A DNA stretch of 64,000 nucleotides, taken from NCBI RefSeq assembly GCF_009914755.1, contig NC_060929.1. One strand, written 5' to 3'. Source of the DNA: the human T2T-CHM13v2.0 reference genome, Homo sapiens. The position numbers were made by a program, and so were the translations under genes. The notes below the pieces were generated by a model. That model ran no database searches. It was not told where the DNA came from and was given only the letters and a program-made list of their open reading frames with translations. This document shows, piece by piece, positions 48,134 to 64,000 of this stretch (position 1 is the stretch's first letter; each line of letters begins with the position of its first letter).

Positions 48134-49452
48134 CATACAGGAAAACAGTGAATATGAATGATGACTAATGTCCCATTTGAAAAAAAAATGGAGACCAGAA
48201 GACAATGGAACAACACCTTCAAAGTTCCAGAGAAAAAATAAAATAAAACCTGTCTTCCCAGAATTGTATATCTTGTTAAAATATGTCTCAAAATGAGACT
48301 AAAATAGACATTTTAAAATAAATGAAAACTGAAAGAATCTATTGTCAGCACACATAAACCACAAGTAATGCCAAACAAACTTTTTAATTTGAAGGAAAAT
48401 AACACTAAATAGAAGTTCAGATTTATAGAAATCAGTGAAGAGCATGGGAAATAGAATGTAGGTAATATGAGAGACACATTTTTATTCTGCCCTTACTATC
48501 TTTTAAGTCAATTGATCGTTTAAAGCAAAATCAAGTCCCTGAAGTAAAATATAGGATAATAACAGTCCAAAAGATAGGAAAGCAAGAGGAGGTGGTTAAA
48601 TGGAATTACTGTTTTAAGATGTTTATATTTTACAGTGTAAACTGAGAAAAATAAGATATATACTATAATCCTGAGGACAACCACTAACAAAATAATAAAA
48701 TATCCCTTAAAGACCAAGAGAATTGATAAAGTAGAAGATTAAAAAATAATAAAATAATCCAAATGATAGCAGGAAAGTAGAACAAATGAAACAATTTTTT
48801 AAAATAAGGATGACTTAACCTAATTATATCACAAATAATAATAAATATAAATGAACTAAATACTCCAATTCAAAGGCAGAGATTGATACATTGAAAGAAG
48901 TTTCAAGATTATCTATAGGAGATGCACTTTAAATATAAAGACAAATAGAATGAAAATAAAAGGATATAAAAAGAAATATTCAAATTCTAAATATAAGAAA
49001 GTTGTCTTTTATATTTAGCTGATGATAAAATAGTTCATGCTATTTTTAGTATGATGGAAAACAAACTTCAATTAAAAATGCATTGCCAGAAATGAAGGGG
49101 CATTTCATAATGATTTAACTAGTTTAATACATCAGAAAGTCATAATTCTAAATGTATATGCAGCTACTAACAGATAAGGCAAAAATTGAAGGAGAAGAGA
49201 AAAATAGATTCACAAAGCTAGAGATTTTAACACCCCCCTCTCAAAAATTGTTAGAACAAGTGAACAAAAAATAAAGAATATATATGATTTGAATATTACC
49301 AATCACCTTGACTTAATTGACACTTACAGAACATCAGATTAAATAACTGCAAAATATATTCCTTTTTGAGAACACATAAGCAGTTCTTCAAAATAGATCA
49401 TATATTGAAACATAATATACATCTCTAAAAATTTCAAACTTTATAGTATGTA

Positions 49453-50460
49453 TTTTTTTTCTTATTTTACTTTAAGTTCTGGGATTCATGTGCAGAACAT
49501 GCAGGTTTGTTACATAGGTATACATGTGCCATGGTGGTTTGCTGCACCTATCAACCCGTCATCTATGTTTTAAGCCCCGCGTGCATTAGGTATTTTCCTA
49601 ATGCGCTCCCTCCCCTTCCCCCAACCCCCCAACAGGCCATGGTGAGTGATGTTCCCCTCCCTGTGTCTTTGTGTTCTCATCGTTCAACTCCCACTTATGA
49701 GTGAGAACATGCGGTGTTTGGTTTTCTGTTCCTATGTTAGTTTGCTGAAAATGATAGCTTCCAGCTTCATCCATGTCCCTGCAAAGGACATGAACTCATC
49801 CTTTTTTATGACTATATTGTATTCTGTGGTATATATATATTTATATATATGCCACATTTTCTTTATCCAGTCTATCATTGATGGGCATTTGGGTTGGTTC
49901 CAAGTCTTTGCTGTTGTAAATAGTACTGCAATAAACATACATGTGCATGTGTTTTTATAGCAGAATGATTTATAATACTTTAGATATAATACCCCGTAGT
50001 AGGATTGCCGGGTCAAATGGTATTTCTGGTTCTAGATCCTTGAGGGATTGCCACACTGTCTTCCACAATGGTTGAACTAATTTACACTCTCACCAACGAT
50101 GTAAAAGCATTCCTATTTCTCCACAGCCTCGCTAGCATCTGTCTTTTTTATAATTGCCATTTTTCTGACTTTTTAATAATCACCATTCTAACTGGCATGC
50201 AATGGTATCTCATTGTGGTTTTGATGTGCATTTCTGTAATGACTGGTGATGATGAGCTTTTTTCCCTATGTTTCTTGGCCACATAAATGTCTTCTTTTGA
50301 GAAGTGTCTATTCATATCCTTCGCCCACTTTTTGATGGGGTTGTTTTTTTTCTTGTAAATTTGTTTAAGTTCCTTGTATATTCTGTATATTAGACCTTTG
50401 TCAGATGGACAGATTGCAAAACTTTTCTACCATTCTGTAGATTGCCTGTTCACTCTGATG
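49453..50460 (-). mobile_element. 5'-truncated L1PA7/8-like 3' end (~1 kb)
   Basis: TTTAAGTTCTGGGATTCATGTGCAGAACATGCAGG 3'UTR type; ORF2 C-terminal peptide ([21 protein letters not shown]) on the minus strand; no TSD found. Confidence 0.85.
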
Positions 50461-51197
50461 AGTGAACCATGGGATAAAGCCATGGGATAAAGAAAATAAT
50501 TAAAGGAGATCTGGTAAATATTTTCAACTAAATGATAATGCAAATACAACATATCAAAATTTGTGGGATACAGCTAAAGTAGTGTTTAAAGGAAAATTTT
50601 AGCATTGAATGTTTTTTAAAAAGGTTTACAATTAATGACCTACATTTCTACATTAAGAAGCTAAATAAATATAAAAGAAGAGAGATGCAATTCAGTTTCA
50701 AAGGAAGTAGAAAAGAGGAAATAAAGATAATGTAGAAGTCAATAAAATTGACAGCAAATAATGGGAAAAATTTAAAATGCTAAAAGTTGGCCCTTTGACA
50801 TGATTAATGAAATTTACAAACCCCTAGCAAGACTGTTGAAGAAAACAAGCAAAAAAATGAAGTCCAATATTAGGGATAAAAGGGAATATCTCTATAAACC
50901 CTATAGATATTGAAAAGATATTATGAACAAATAACAATTTTGGGCTAATACATTCAACAAACTAAATTAAATGGAAAATTTTCTAAAATAATTCAACCTT
51001 CCAAAAGTGACATAAGAAATAAAAATAGAAATAACCTTATATCTGTTAAGTAAATACATTTTCTATTAAAAGTCTTCCTCAAAAGAAGACTCCAGAGCCC
51101 AGATATTTTCACTGTTGAATTCTACAAAAGCCTTAAAAAGTAAATAATGCCAGTATTACACAATCTTTTGCAGAAAATTAAAAAAAAATCTTCCACC

Positions 51198-54074
<2,877 letters not shown>

Positions 54075-55202
54075 AAATCTTCCACCTTTTTATGAGGGCA
54101 GCATAACACTAATACCACATTATTTTATAAATATTTAAGAGAAAATAATATTATAGATTTGTCCCTCATGGTTTTATTTTTGCATAGGTATAAAAGTCCT
54201 TTTATAATTATTAGCAAATAGAACCCAGAAGTATAAATAATACATCATCAGCAAATGGGGATTATCCCAAGAATGCAAGGTGAGCTTAACATTAGCTGCT
54301 TGATTAGTGGAAGTAGCCACATTTAGATATTAATGAGAAAAAATCATACAGTCATCTCAATAAAGGTAGATTAAGTATTTGACAACATTCACTGTCCATT
54401 CATAATTAAAAAAAGAAAAATAAATCTCTCAGCAAAGTAAGAAAGAAAGGGAATTTTCTTAATTTGACAAACCACATCTATGAAAAAACTACAGCTGATG
54501 TCATTTTTATTGATGAAAAACTGAATGCTTTCACTTTAAGATCAGGAATAAGGCAAGGATATCTGCTCCCACTACTTCAATAGAATATTATATTTGAGGT
54601 CCAAGCTAGTGCAATTGGAAGAGAAAAAGGTAAAGTTTGAAGTAAAACTATTTATTCAGATAAAACATATTTTTTTTGGTAGAAATCCTCAGAATTCTAC
54701 TCCCCCCCCCCTACAAAAAAACAAACAAATAAAAAACTCTAGAAGACTAGTAAGTTAATTTGGCAAGGTTGTAAGATAAATGTCACCATACAAAAATAAG
54801 TTGTATTTATATATATTAGAAGCAAACACCCATAAAAGAAAATTCTACAATATTATTATAATTACATCAAGAAATAAAAAACAATGAACTGTAACTTTAA
54901 CAAAAGACATAAAAAACTTTTACTAGGAAAACTTCAAAATATTGCTGAGAAATAAAAGGAAACCTAAATGGAGTGATACACACTGTAAATGGATTGGAGG
55001 ACTCAACATTAAGATGTCAGTTCTCTCCAAATTGATCTATAGATTCAATATAATCCTAATTAAAATCCTAGCAGGATCTTTGTTTTTCTTTTTTTGTTGT
55101 TGTTGTTGTTTGGTTTTTTGTTGTTGTTGTTTGGTAAACATCAGTGAATTGATTCTAAGTGTTACAAGGAAAAGTAGAATAACCAGAATACCCCAAGTTA
55201 TA

Positions 55203-55358
55203 ATTAATTATAAGTAATCTAGAGATGATTTAAAGTATAAGGGGGAATGTGCATAGATTATATGCAAATACTATACCATTTTATATAAGGGACTTGAGCA
55301 TCCATGGAGTTTGGTGTCAACAGTGGATCTGAGAACACCAATCCCCCATAGATAACTG
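55203..55358 (+). mobile_element. MER2 (Tigger MITE) partial
   Basis: TAAGTAATCTAGAGATGATTTAAAGTATA...TATGCAAATACTATACCATTTTATATAAGGGACTTGAGCATCC. Confidence 0.8.
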
Positions 55359-56693
55359 TACTGTAAAACTACAGAAATCAGAGTAGTGAGGCGTTGGCAT
55401 AACAATAGAGAGAATAGAGTCCTGGCACAGATCCATAGATCAATAGTTAGTTGATTTTTGGCAAAAGTACTGAGGCAGTGCAATGGGGAAAGAAAATCTT
55501 TTCAATTAAAGGTGCTGGAACAACTACATAAATACATGGAAAAAATATACCTTGATACATGCCTTATACCACAAACAAAAAAAATTCAAGATATGTCATA
55601 TACATAAACATAAAAGTTAAAACTAGAAAACTACTAGAAGAAAACTAGGATAATATCTTTATGACTTGAGGATGAGCAATGATTTCTTAGAACACAAAAA
55701 AGCACTCACTGTAAAAGAACTGATAAATTGGATCTCAAAATTAAAAGATTATGATTATCAAAAGACACCATTAAGAACAATAACAAAGCAAACTATTGAC
55801 TGGGAGAATACACATATATAACAAATAATCTTGTGTCTGGAATTTTAAAAAAACATAAAAATAATAAAAACAAAGTTATATTTTTTTAAATGGGCAAAAG
55901 ACCAAAATGCTTCACAAAAGATGAATGAATTACATATAAGTCCCTGCAAAAGTACTCAACATCATTATTCGTGGAAATGTAAATTAAATCACAATATGAC
56001 ACCACCTCATACCCACTAAAATAGCAAAAACTAAAATAATTGACATTTCCAAATGTTGATGAAGATGTGGAGCAACTAGAACTCTCATACCCTGCTTGTG
56101 GGAATGAAATGGTACAACCACATTGAAAAACTATTTGACAGTTTTTACAGAAGTTAAACATTGAGGCTCGAGTAAGATCATTTGTGTATAACACCTGCCA
56201 GTCTATTCTTTTGCCTTTGTTAGTCCCTATCCATCTTGAAGACCCACTTAAATTTGCCCTCCTACAAGACGGCTCCCCAGTTTTCTCCCTCCTTTTTAGT
56301 CACCAGTAGTAAGGGATTACATATCTCTGTTTACCAAGGATAGTCCTGATTTATATATATGGTTTTGACATAATCGATTAATCCTACTCAAAAACATACA
56401 GGCTTGACAATAAATTATAAATTTGTGCTACCCAAAGTTCCATAGTTTTGATCTTAGTATTTAGCCTACTTTGAAAATTATATATTTATTTATAGATTTT
56501 TTCTTATTTTCATATTATGTTTTAAGTTCATTAGGGGCCAGAACCATCCTTATATTCCCATAAAGTGCCTAGCACAGTGCCTAATAAATTTTCACTTGAT
56601 GAAATCTAACTCCGTTTTAAAAATGAACAGTGATTTCTGCTGCTTTTAAATATACGACTAAATATTGCTCACACCCACACAATTTAAGCATCC

Positions 56694-57192
56694 TTTTCTT
56701 TTTTATTATTATTATACTTTAAGTTTTAGGGTATATGTGCACAATGTGCAAGTTAGTTACGTATGTATACATGTGCCATGCTGGTGTGCTGCACCCATTA
56801 ACTCGTCATTTAGCATTAGGTATATCTCCTAATGCTATCCCTCCCCCCTCCCCCCACCCCACAACAGTCCCCGGAGTGTGATGTTCCCCTTCCTGTGTCC
56901 ATGTGTTCTCATTGTTCAATTCCTATCTATGCGTGAGAACATGCGGTGTTTGGTTTTTTGTCCTTGCGATAGTTTACTGAGAATGATGATTTCCAATTTC
57001 ATCCATGTCCCTGCAAAGGACATGAACTCATCATTTTTTATGGCTACATAGTATTCCACGATGTATATGTGCCACATTTTCTTAATCCAGTCTATCATTG
57101 TTGGACATTTGGGTTGGTTCCAAGTCTTTGCTATTGTGAGTAGTGCTGCAATAAACATACGTGTGCATGTGTCTTTATAGCAGCATGATTTA
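56694..57192 (-). mobile_element. 5'-truncated L1PA3-like 3' end (~500 bp)
   Basis: ORF2 C-terminus ([20 protein letters not shown]) plus a 3'UTR with GACGAGTTAATGG and a (TAA)n/A tail. Confidence 0.9.
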
Positions 57193-60100
57193 ACCTCAGT
57201 CTTAAGGAGAGTGTTCGCTGCAATGAAATAACTTTTCTAGTACTTCAAAATTAATTACATTTTATTCTTGATTCTATTTGAGAATGCAAGCATAAAGATG
57301 CAGGGTGAGATTTCTGTGAGCTGCTGGTCTAGTGCACTTGGGTGTTATGCCTGACTTCAGGGATTACAACATTGGTGCTTTTACTTCTCAATTAAAAAGA
57401 TTTCCCATAGACAGCAGGAAAAATTGCAGGGCCATTAGAAAATTACAACCAAATTGTGGAAAAACTTAGAAGAAAGAATATTCATTAAATTTTGGTTTGA
57501 AATAGTTAAAAACCGAAATGTCCATCAAAGTCATACTGAACAAGTAAAATGTGGTATATTCGTTGAGTGGCAGCAATTAACAGGACTTATTAAGAACTGT
57601 GTTAATCAACAATAATAGATCTCAACATCATGTTCAGTGAAAAAATGCAAATTGAGGACTGAGGTATATAGTATAGTAACACTTCTATAAAATCTAAATA
57701 GTATATAAAAACAATGGTATATATTGCTTATTAATATTAAGCATAATTGAAGGTATGGAGATGGAATTGTGTAGATACACATTAAATATAGTAGATGGTA
57801 TGGAATAGAAGGAAAGAGGACTGGGAATGGAGGATAAAGGTTAAAAAAGAACAATAGCTGTCTTCATTCATGTATTATAACATTAAATGGTTGATCAAAA
57901 ATTCAGTTCTGTGTGCTGCATGCATGTGCACACACCCACTCACAGAAAAAAAGGAAAATAAACTTTTCACAAGATGTTTGATTAGTTGATACTAATAGCT
58001 AACAATATGATGCATAAAATATTTTGAAGCAAAGAGGACTGATAAGAGTTATTAAGACCCTTTATTCCATAGTTTTATTGTTATTAATGTATTTTGTGAT
58101 TGAGAACCAATACTCAAGCTATCTGATAATTTGAGGCTGTTTTTGCTTTACCTTGTGGTAGCTAAAATTCAGCATTTGGGTTCCAGAGCTTCTTACGCTT
58201 TTACTTTATGTTAGGGCAGAAGTTTTATTAAATGTCTGAAATAAGAGGAGCCATATTTAAGCCAATGCTTATGGAGATCCAAGCACTAGGTCCAAAGTCA
58301 CAACTGGATGCTGTTAGGCAACAACTTAAGGAAATTGTTCACCAGGCAAGCAAGGTTTTGAGAAACTGGAGCCACAAAGTAGAGAATATAATAATTCATA
58401 GTTTGAGTTGATCAGAGTTGAAGAGTTAATAGTTAGTTGCCAATATAAGGTCTTGAAAAAGGGTTTGTAGGTCAGGAATGATACCTGTAAGACAGTGGCT
58501 GTAGAATAAGCTGACATGAGGCTGAAACAACAAATGAGGACTCTATCTGGGAGACAGACCAAAAAGTTGACGTAAGGCACCAAGTAGGAGGACATGAGAA
58601 GACTGAAGTGAGGTGCTTACGCTTGCTTTCTGCAGGATTCAGCAAGTAAATGAACCTGATAAGAAAGAGTGCAGTTGTGGACAGACTGATGCCAAAACCT
58701 TGGGCTTGGACTTTTCTTAACATCTGGAGTTTAGCATCATTAGTATCATTCCTTGACATGATATATTTGAGATTTATTTTAGGAGTGTAATATTTAACTG
58801 ACTTGGGAAACCTCCAGATCTAACGGCAACTTCTAAATTCTAAAGGTTAGCCATTCTTCACGTTGTAGACTGAAAATGTCAAATCACTAATTAAATCAAT
58901 TAAGTAGCTTTCCTCCAGTTGTTTGTTGATTTTAAGGTTCAGACTTTTTTCCCTCTTGGTGACCAAAGAACATCTTGAAGCATTCTAGTGTTGAAGAGCA
59001 TTGATGAGTTGCAGGCTAACAGAGATAGAGACTGAAACAATGAAAAGCTGTCCCAAGAATGGGCCAAGATGTATATTGATATTAAATGCTTACAGATTTT
59101 GACGTTTTTTAGGTTCCTGCTCTTTAATATGACACACTTTCACCCCTAAGAAGAATCAATTTTGAGGTTATAACCAGTCTTCTTTAATAATTCATATAAC
59201 CTAAAAGTCAATAAAAAGAAGAGCTTATTAAATAATAGCAAGTCAATCATGTAAGAGTAATGTGATGATATATAGAGTTGCACACATTATATTTTCAACC
59301 TATGATTGACACTTCTTTTAAATCACAGCTTTGCTTTTAAACCTTTTCCCTAATGAGCATTAAGAGGATCTTTCCAGTAAGCACATAGATTGAAAACAAA
59401 AACTTTAACAATCAAATGCAAAAACAAAAGAATAAAATCAAACCAATTGAAATGTTAAAAAATGATTAATATTTTGACATAACTATACTTTGTAACCAAG
59501 CATCTTCAACATTAGAAAAAGATAACAAGATTTTTTGATTTCATCTCAAGATACCTCCCATTTAAAAAAAAAAGTGAAACTCTTTAATAGCTTACGTGAC
59601 CTAATAACCTCAGCAAAGACACTTTTACATGGCCATGAAGCATATCATTGCAGAGATCCAGCTGGAGCGGAGAAACATGGTAGTCAGCAGTACTTCTAGA
59701 CTTCTGTGTGATAAGAGATTCCATATCTGAATTTCCCTTGCATTTGCAAGGAGTACATTGTAGACTTGATGGCAAGGGAAGTCAAACTTTAATGCTTCCC
59801 TCAAATAATCACAAACATCCCACTATGTCCTCTCCTAGAAGAGACAATTTCTGATTTATAACCTCCCTTAATAGGAGAATGCCCTTGATGCTAAATTGTC
59901 TGAACATTGTGCAATCTCATCTTCATTCCCAAAAATATTAATATGAACCCAGACTTCCTAATTCCATTTTGAATCAGATTTGATCTGTATTTGGCCCTTT
60001 GAATCCATATGGGTATCTGTCTCTCAGCTAGTGGGTGAATAGTTATGTCAACACTCCTGCATTGTTTTTTGGAGGAAAAGATAAAATTAAACCAATTTAT

Positions 60101-61559
60101 CTTTTTTTAAAGCAAGAAAGAAGACAGGAAGAAAAAAATGGTGAGATTATGGGAGAAAAAGAAAGAAAAGTTATTCCATATGAATTAGGCGTGAGGAGCA
60201 TGTTAAGGCCAACTGACAGATGAAGAGCCCCTTTCTACACTACGTAGTCCTAAATGTGGTAGCAGTGGGCTTTATACTTGAAACATATTCAGGAAAATAA
60301 ATATTATATCTGGAGCCTTCCCCTCCATCCATAAGTTTGGCATGCAGTGCCAGGTATCAACATCAGGTGTTAATAGCTTTACAGAACAATGTGTGGGGAT
60401 ATAATATATATTTTGTATATGTATGTACACATATTATAGTTTATACGTAGTATTTCAGTTATAATGTACAAATACTACATATGATTTTACAAACACATTA
60501 CAGGTTTGACAACTCTCTCTTTTTGTGTAATGAAAAATATGGTGGTCTATATTTTTAACTTTTTGCCTTTAAATTTTTAAAGAAACAACTAACCATATTA
60601 GACAAAACTAGAGCTCAAAAATAATTTTTCTAGAATTCCTGTTAAAACTAATGTAAAAGAAAGTAGTAGAAATCAGGCTCAAAGTATTAGTTTCATTTCT
60701 CATCAAATTCATGGCAGAAAAAATTATAAATGGAATAATTTCTATAATTCTTTGGTCTTTTTGCTGAAGAATATGTTATAAATGGATAGACATGAGCAGT
60801 AAAGCTTTATTTTTTTCAGTTGAATGACTCCATAAATATAATATCCTCTAATGTATAATCTCCTTGCTTCTTTTGAATCTCAGGCAATTTTGTGGTAGTT
60901 CTCTCTTTATTCCATTTTGAAATGAAGATGCAACACTGTACAAGATGTTCTTTCTGTATTAAAAATTAACTGTTAATATGCTTTATGTCAAAATAGTTTT
61001 TATTTTTATATGAACATGCTGAAAATGTGATTGCTTTCTAAAATTATATTTACACACTTAAGTCAACTATTTAATTTCAATTAATAATATAGGTTATTTT
61101 TTTGAGAAACTGTTGAATTGTTATTTCCACATAAGTTCTTCTTTTAGCTTACTCTTTCTTGCCTTTAAAAATTTATTTCTAGTATACTTGTGTCCTGAAG
61201 TTGATCAGCCAAAAACGTATTTATTAATTGTTTCTTAAAAAGCTTTGCTAAGACAATGATTTATATATGGAATTTATTGATAGGTTAATTGAATGTGATG
61301 AGGAAATTAAGAAATGGATGCCATTTAATATTTTTTATGTGAATTTTTGAGTAACATTAATTTTTCAATTTTATTTTCCATAAGAATGAAAATTAGATTT
61401 TTAGTTTTCTTCTGTTTGAAAATCTTTCTCTTATATTTTTTCTTTTTTTAAAAATTTCACCACTTACTGTTAAATGAACATAGAATGGGTTGAATGCTAT
61501 AAGCCACATTTTGGTAATGTGGTTTTTAATATTTTTAAACAATATAGTTCTTTTGGAAA

Positions 61560-64000
61560 ATTTTTTTTACTGTATTTTCATTGAACTATAATTTCTGGAC
61601 AGTAAATTTCACCTATTTTATTGCAGTTTTACTTGTTTTTACAATTGTATATAGTTGTGTAAACACCATAACAGTCAAGATATAAAATAGTTCTATCATG
61701 TGAAAAAAATTCCCCTATACTACTTTGTAGTCAATCCCTCTCCAACCTGTGAGAGTATTATAAATGAGATTCAACCAAGTTGTTTTGTGTACCCTCATTA
61801 ATTCCTTTTTTATTTCTAGGTAGAATTTCACCATATGGATGTATCACAAATTGTTAATCCACTTCACAGTTGAGGGATATTGAAACTGTTTCTAGCTTTT
61901 GGTGATTACTCATAAACCTGCTGTGACAATTCAGGTTCAAGTTTGTGAGTGAACATTGTTTTGATCTTACTTGAGTAAATACCTAGAAGTGACATACATA
62001 GGTCATATGATATGTTTAACTTTATAAAACATCGTCAAGCTGTTTTCAAAAGTGGCTATACCATTTTGTATTCTTACCAGTGATGTGTGAGAGTTTCAGT
62101 TGCTTTGCATCCTTGCCAGCCTTTTTTTTTTTTTTTAGGTCATTCAAATAGTGTTGTTGAAGTCACAATAAAAATATAAAGACAAATCTCTAAATTTAAT
62201 GTTTTATTTGAGAAGAAATAATTGCAATTTGGGGTGTACTTTCAGACTAGGTGGTCTTCAGTATGTCAAAAGAACAAAGAGGTTGGAGGTTGTATAAAAA
62301 GTAGAAATGTTATATATTGCTTTTTGAGAAAGGTCATTGGCACTAGTAAGGTTCTGAGGAACTGATAAGCTCTAATCGGTGAGTGACAGCAGTGGGCCAA
62401 ATTAGTACTAAAGTTGCAGCAGTTACAAAGAAAACTGGTTTCTAGTTACAACAGGCAAGTTTCAGCAGCCAGACTTGTAAAGAACTATGTTTTTGGAGCA
62501 ATGTTATGTGTCCCTAATGTCTTGCCCTGCTGCCTCTAGACTGTTTTAGTTGGGTATGAAAAGGATAATCCAATCTGTGTAATCAGCTTTCACAATGTGT
62601 AGTTGCATCTTCATGTGATTTTAGTTTCCATTTCCCAAATGACTAATGATGCTGTGGATCTTTGCATGTTCTTGTTTGCCAGCCATACATTTTCTCTGGT
62701 GAAGTATATGGTCAAATCATTTTTCATTGGAAATAATTATATATTTTTATAGTGTAAATATGATGTTCTAAAATATGTATACACTGTGGAATGACTAAAT
62801 CAAGCTAAATAACATATGAATTACCTCATTTTTAATGGTGTAAATTAAAATTTACTTAGAACTTAAGAACTACTCAGTAATTTTCAAGTATACAATACAT
62901 TATTATTAACTGTATTATTAAGAGCTCTTGCATTTGTTCCTCCTGGCTAATTAAACATTTGTATCCTTTGAGTAACATCATATCTCCCTAGTGTCTCCAC
63001 TCCAATCCTCTGGTGGTTGTAGGTTGTCTGTTAACTCTGTTGATACTTTACTTTATTTTGCTGTGCAGAAATTCTTTAGTTTAATTAGGTCCCATTTGTC
63101 AATTTTTGTTTTTGTTGCAACTTCTTTTGAGGACGTAGGCAAAAATTCTTTGCCAAGGCCAATGTCCAGAAAGGTGGTTCCTTGATTTTCTTCTAGGATT
63201 CTTAAAGCTTGAGGTCTTACATCTAAATCTTTAATGCATTTTGAGTTAACTTTTGTATATGGTGAAAGGGAGGGTCCAGTTTCTTCTCCATATAGCTAGC
63301 CAGCTATCCTAGCACCATTTATTGAATAGGGAGAACTTTTCCCATTGCTTGCTTTTGTCGAATTGTTGAAGATCCGATGGCTGTAGGTGTGTGGCTTTAT
63401 TTCTGGGTTCTATATTCTGTTCCATTGGTATATTGTGTCCATTTTTAATACCAGTACTATGCTGTTTTGGTTACTGTATCCTTGTAGCGTATTTTGAAGT
63501 CCAGTAATGTGATGCCTCCGGCTTTATTCTTTTTTGCTTTGGCTATTCAGGCTCTTTTTTGAATGCATATGAATTTTAGAATAGTTTCTTGTAATTCTGT
63601 GAAAAATGATGTTAGTAGTTTGATAGGAATAGTGTTGACTCTATAGATTGCTTTAAGCCGTATGCTTTGCCCATGTTTTAATTGAGTTACTTAGTTTTTT
63701 ACTATTGATGTGTTTGAGTTCCTTATATATTTTGCATATTAACCCCTTATCAGATGTATGGTTTAAACATATTTTCTCCCATTCTGTAGGTTGTCTGTTT
63801 TATTCTGCTGATTGTCTCCTTGGCTGTGCAGAAGCTTTCTAGTTTGATATAATTTCAGTTATCTATTTTTGCTTTTGTTAGCTGTACCTTTGAGGTCATA
63901 TCCAAAAAATTATTTCCCAGACCGGTGTTATAGAGCTTTCTTCCTATGTTTTCACTTAGTAGTTTTACAGCTTCAGGTATTACATTTGTATTTAATTCAT
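61560..64000 (-). mobile_element. Cluster of minus-strand L1 fragments (L1MB/MC 3' end, L1MA 3'UTR, L1P/L1PB ORF2 piece, L1MA ORF2), split by the MER67 LTR
   Basis: Antisense ORF2 motifs (TTTTGCTGTGCAGAA twice, at ~63057 and ~63822; CCCATTTGTCAATTTTTG) and old 3'UTR motifs. Confidence 0.7.
62155..62594 (-). mobile_element. MER67-like solo LTR (ERV1)
   Basis: TG...CA termini; near-TSD GTGT/ATGT; minus strand reads TGTGAAAGCTGATTACAC...CATACCCAACTAAAACAG...CATAACATTGCTCC; splits an old L1. Confidence 0.7.

Overview
AT-rich, CpG-depleted primate DNA, almost certainly human because it carries an L1HS element and an AluYe-type element. It is intronic or intergenic and dominated by interspersed repeats, and I cannot support any host protein-coding exon. 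The centrepiece is a full-length L1HS of the pre-Ta subfamily (26854-32889, 17-bp TSD) with open ORF0, ORF1 and ORF2. Its ORF1p carries R261G and P214R, substitutions at residues known to be needed for retrotransposition, so it looks intact by ORF length but is probably defective in cis. A second notable structure sits inside an ancient ~9.5-kb L1M relic. It is one L1PA3/4 insertion (51198-54074) bounded by a TSD that combines a twin-priming inversion, broken right after the RT YADD/FADD-equivalent codons, with a ~400-bp 3' transduction of non-L1 DNA that has its own AATAAA and second poly(A). The window also holds an HERV-S/LTR18A env-LTR fragment, an ERVL two-LTR relic, a MER67 solo LTR, about 8 Alu/FLAM copies, several DNA-transposon MITEs, MIR/L2 remnants and a candidate CTCF/RFX regulatory element near 3.6-4.0 kb. 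No novel multi-gene system is evident. Repeat subfamily names and amino-acid differences come from remembered consensus sequences, and the ends of old repeats are approximate.
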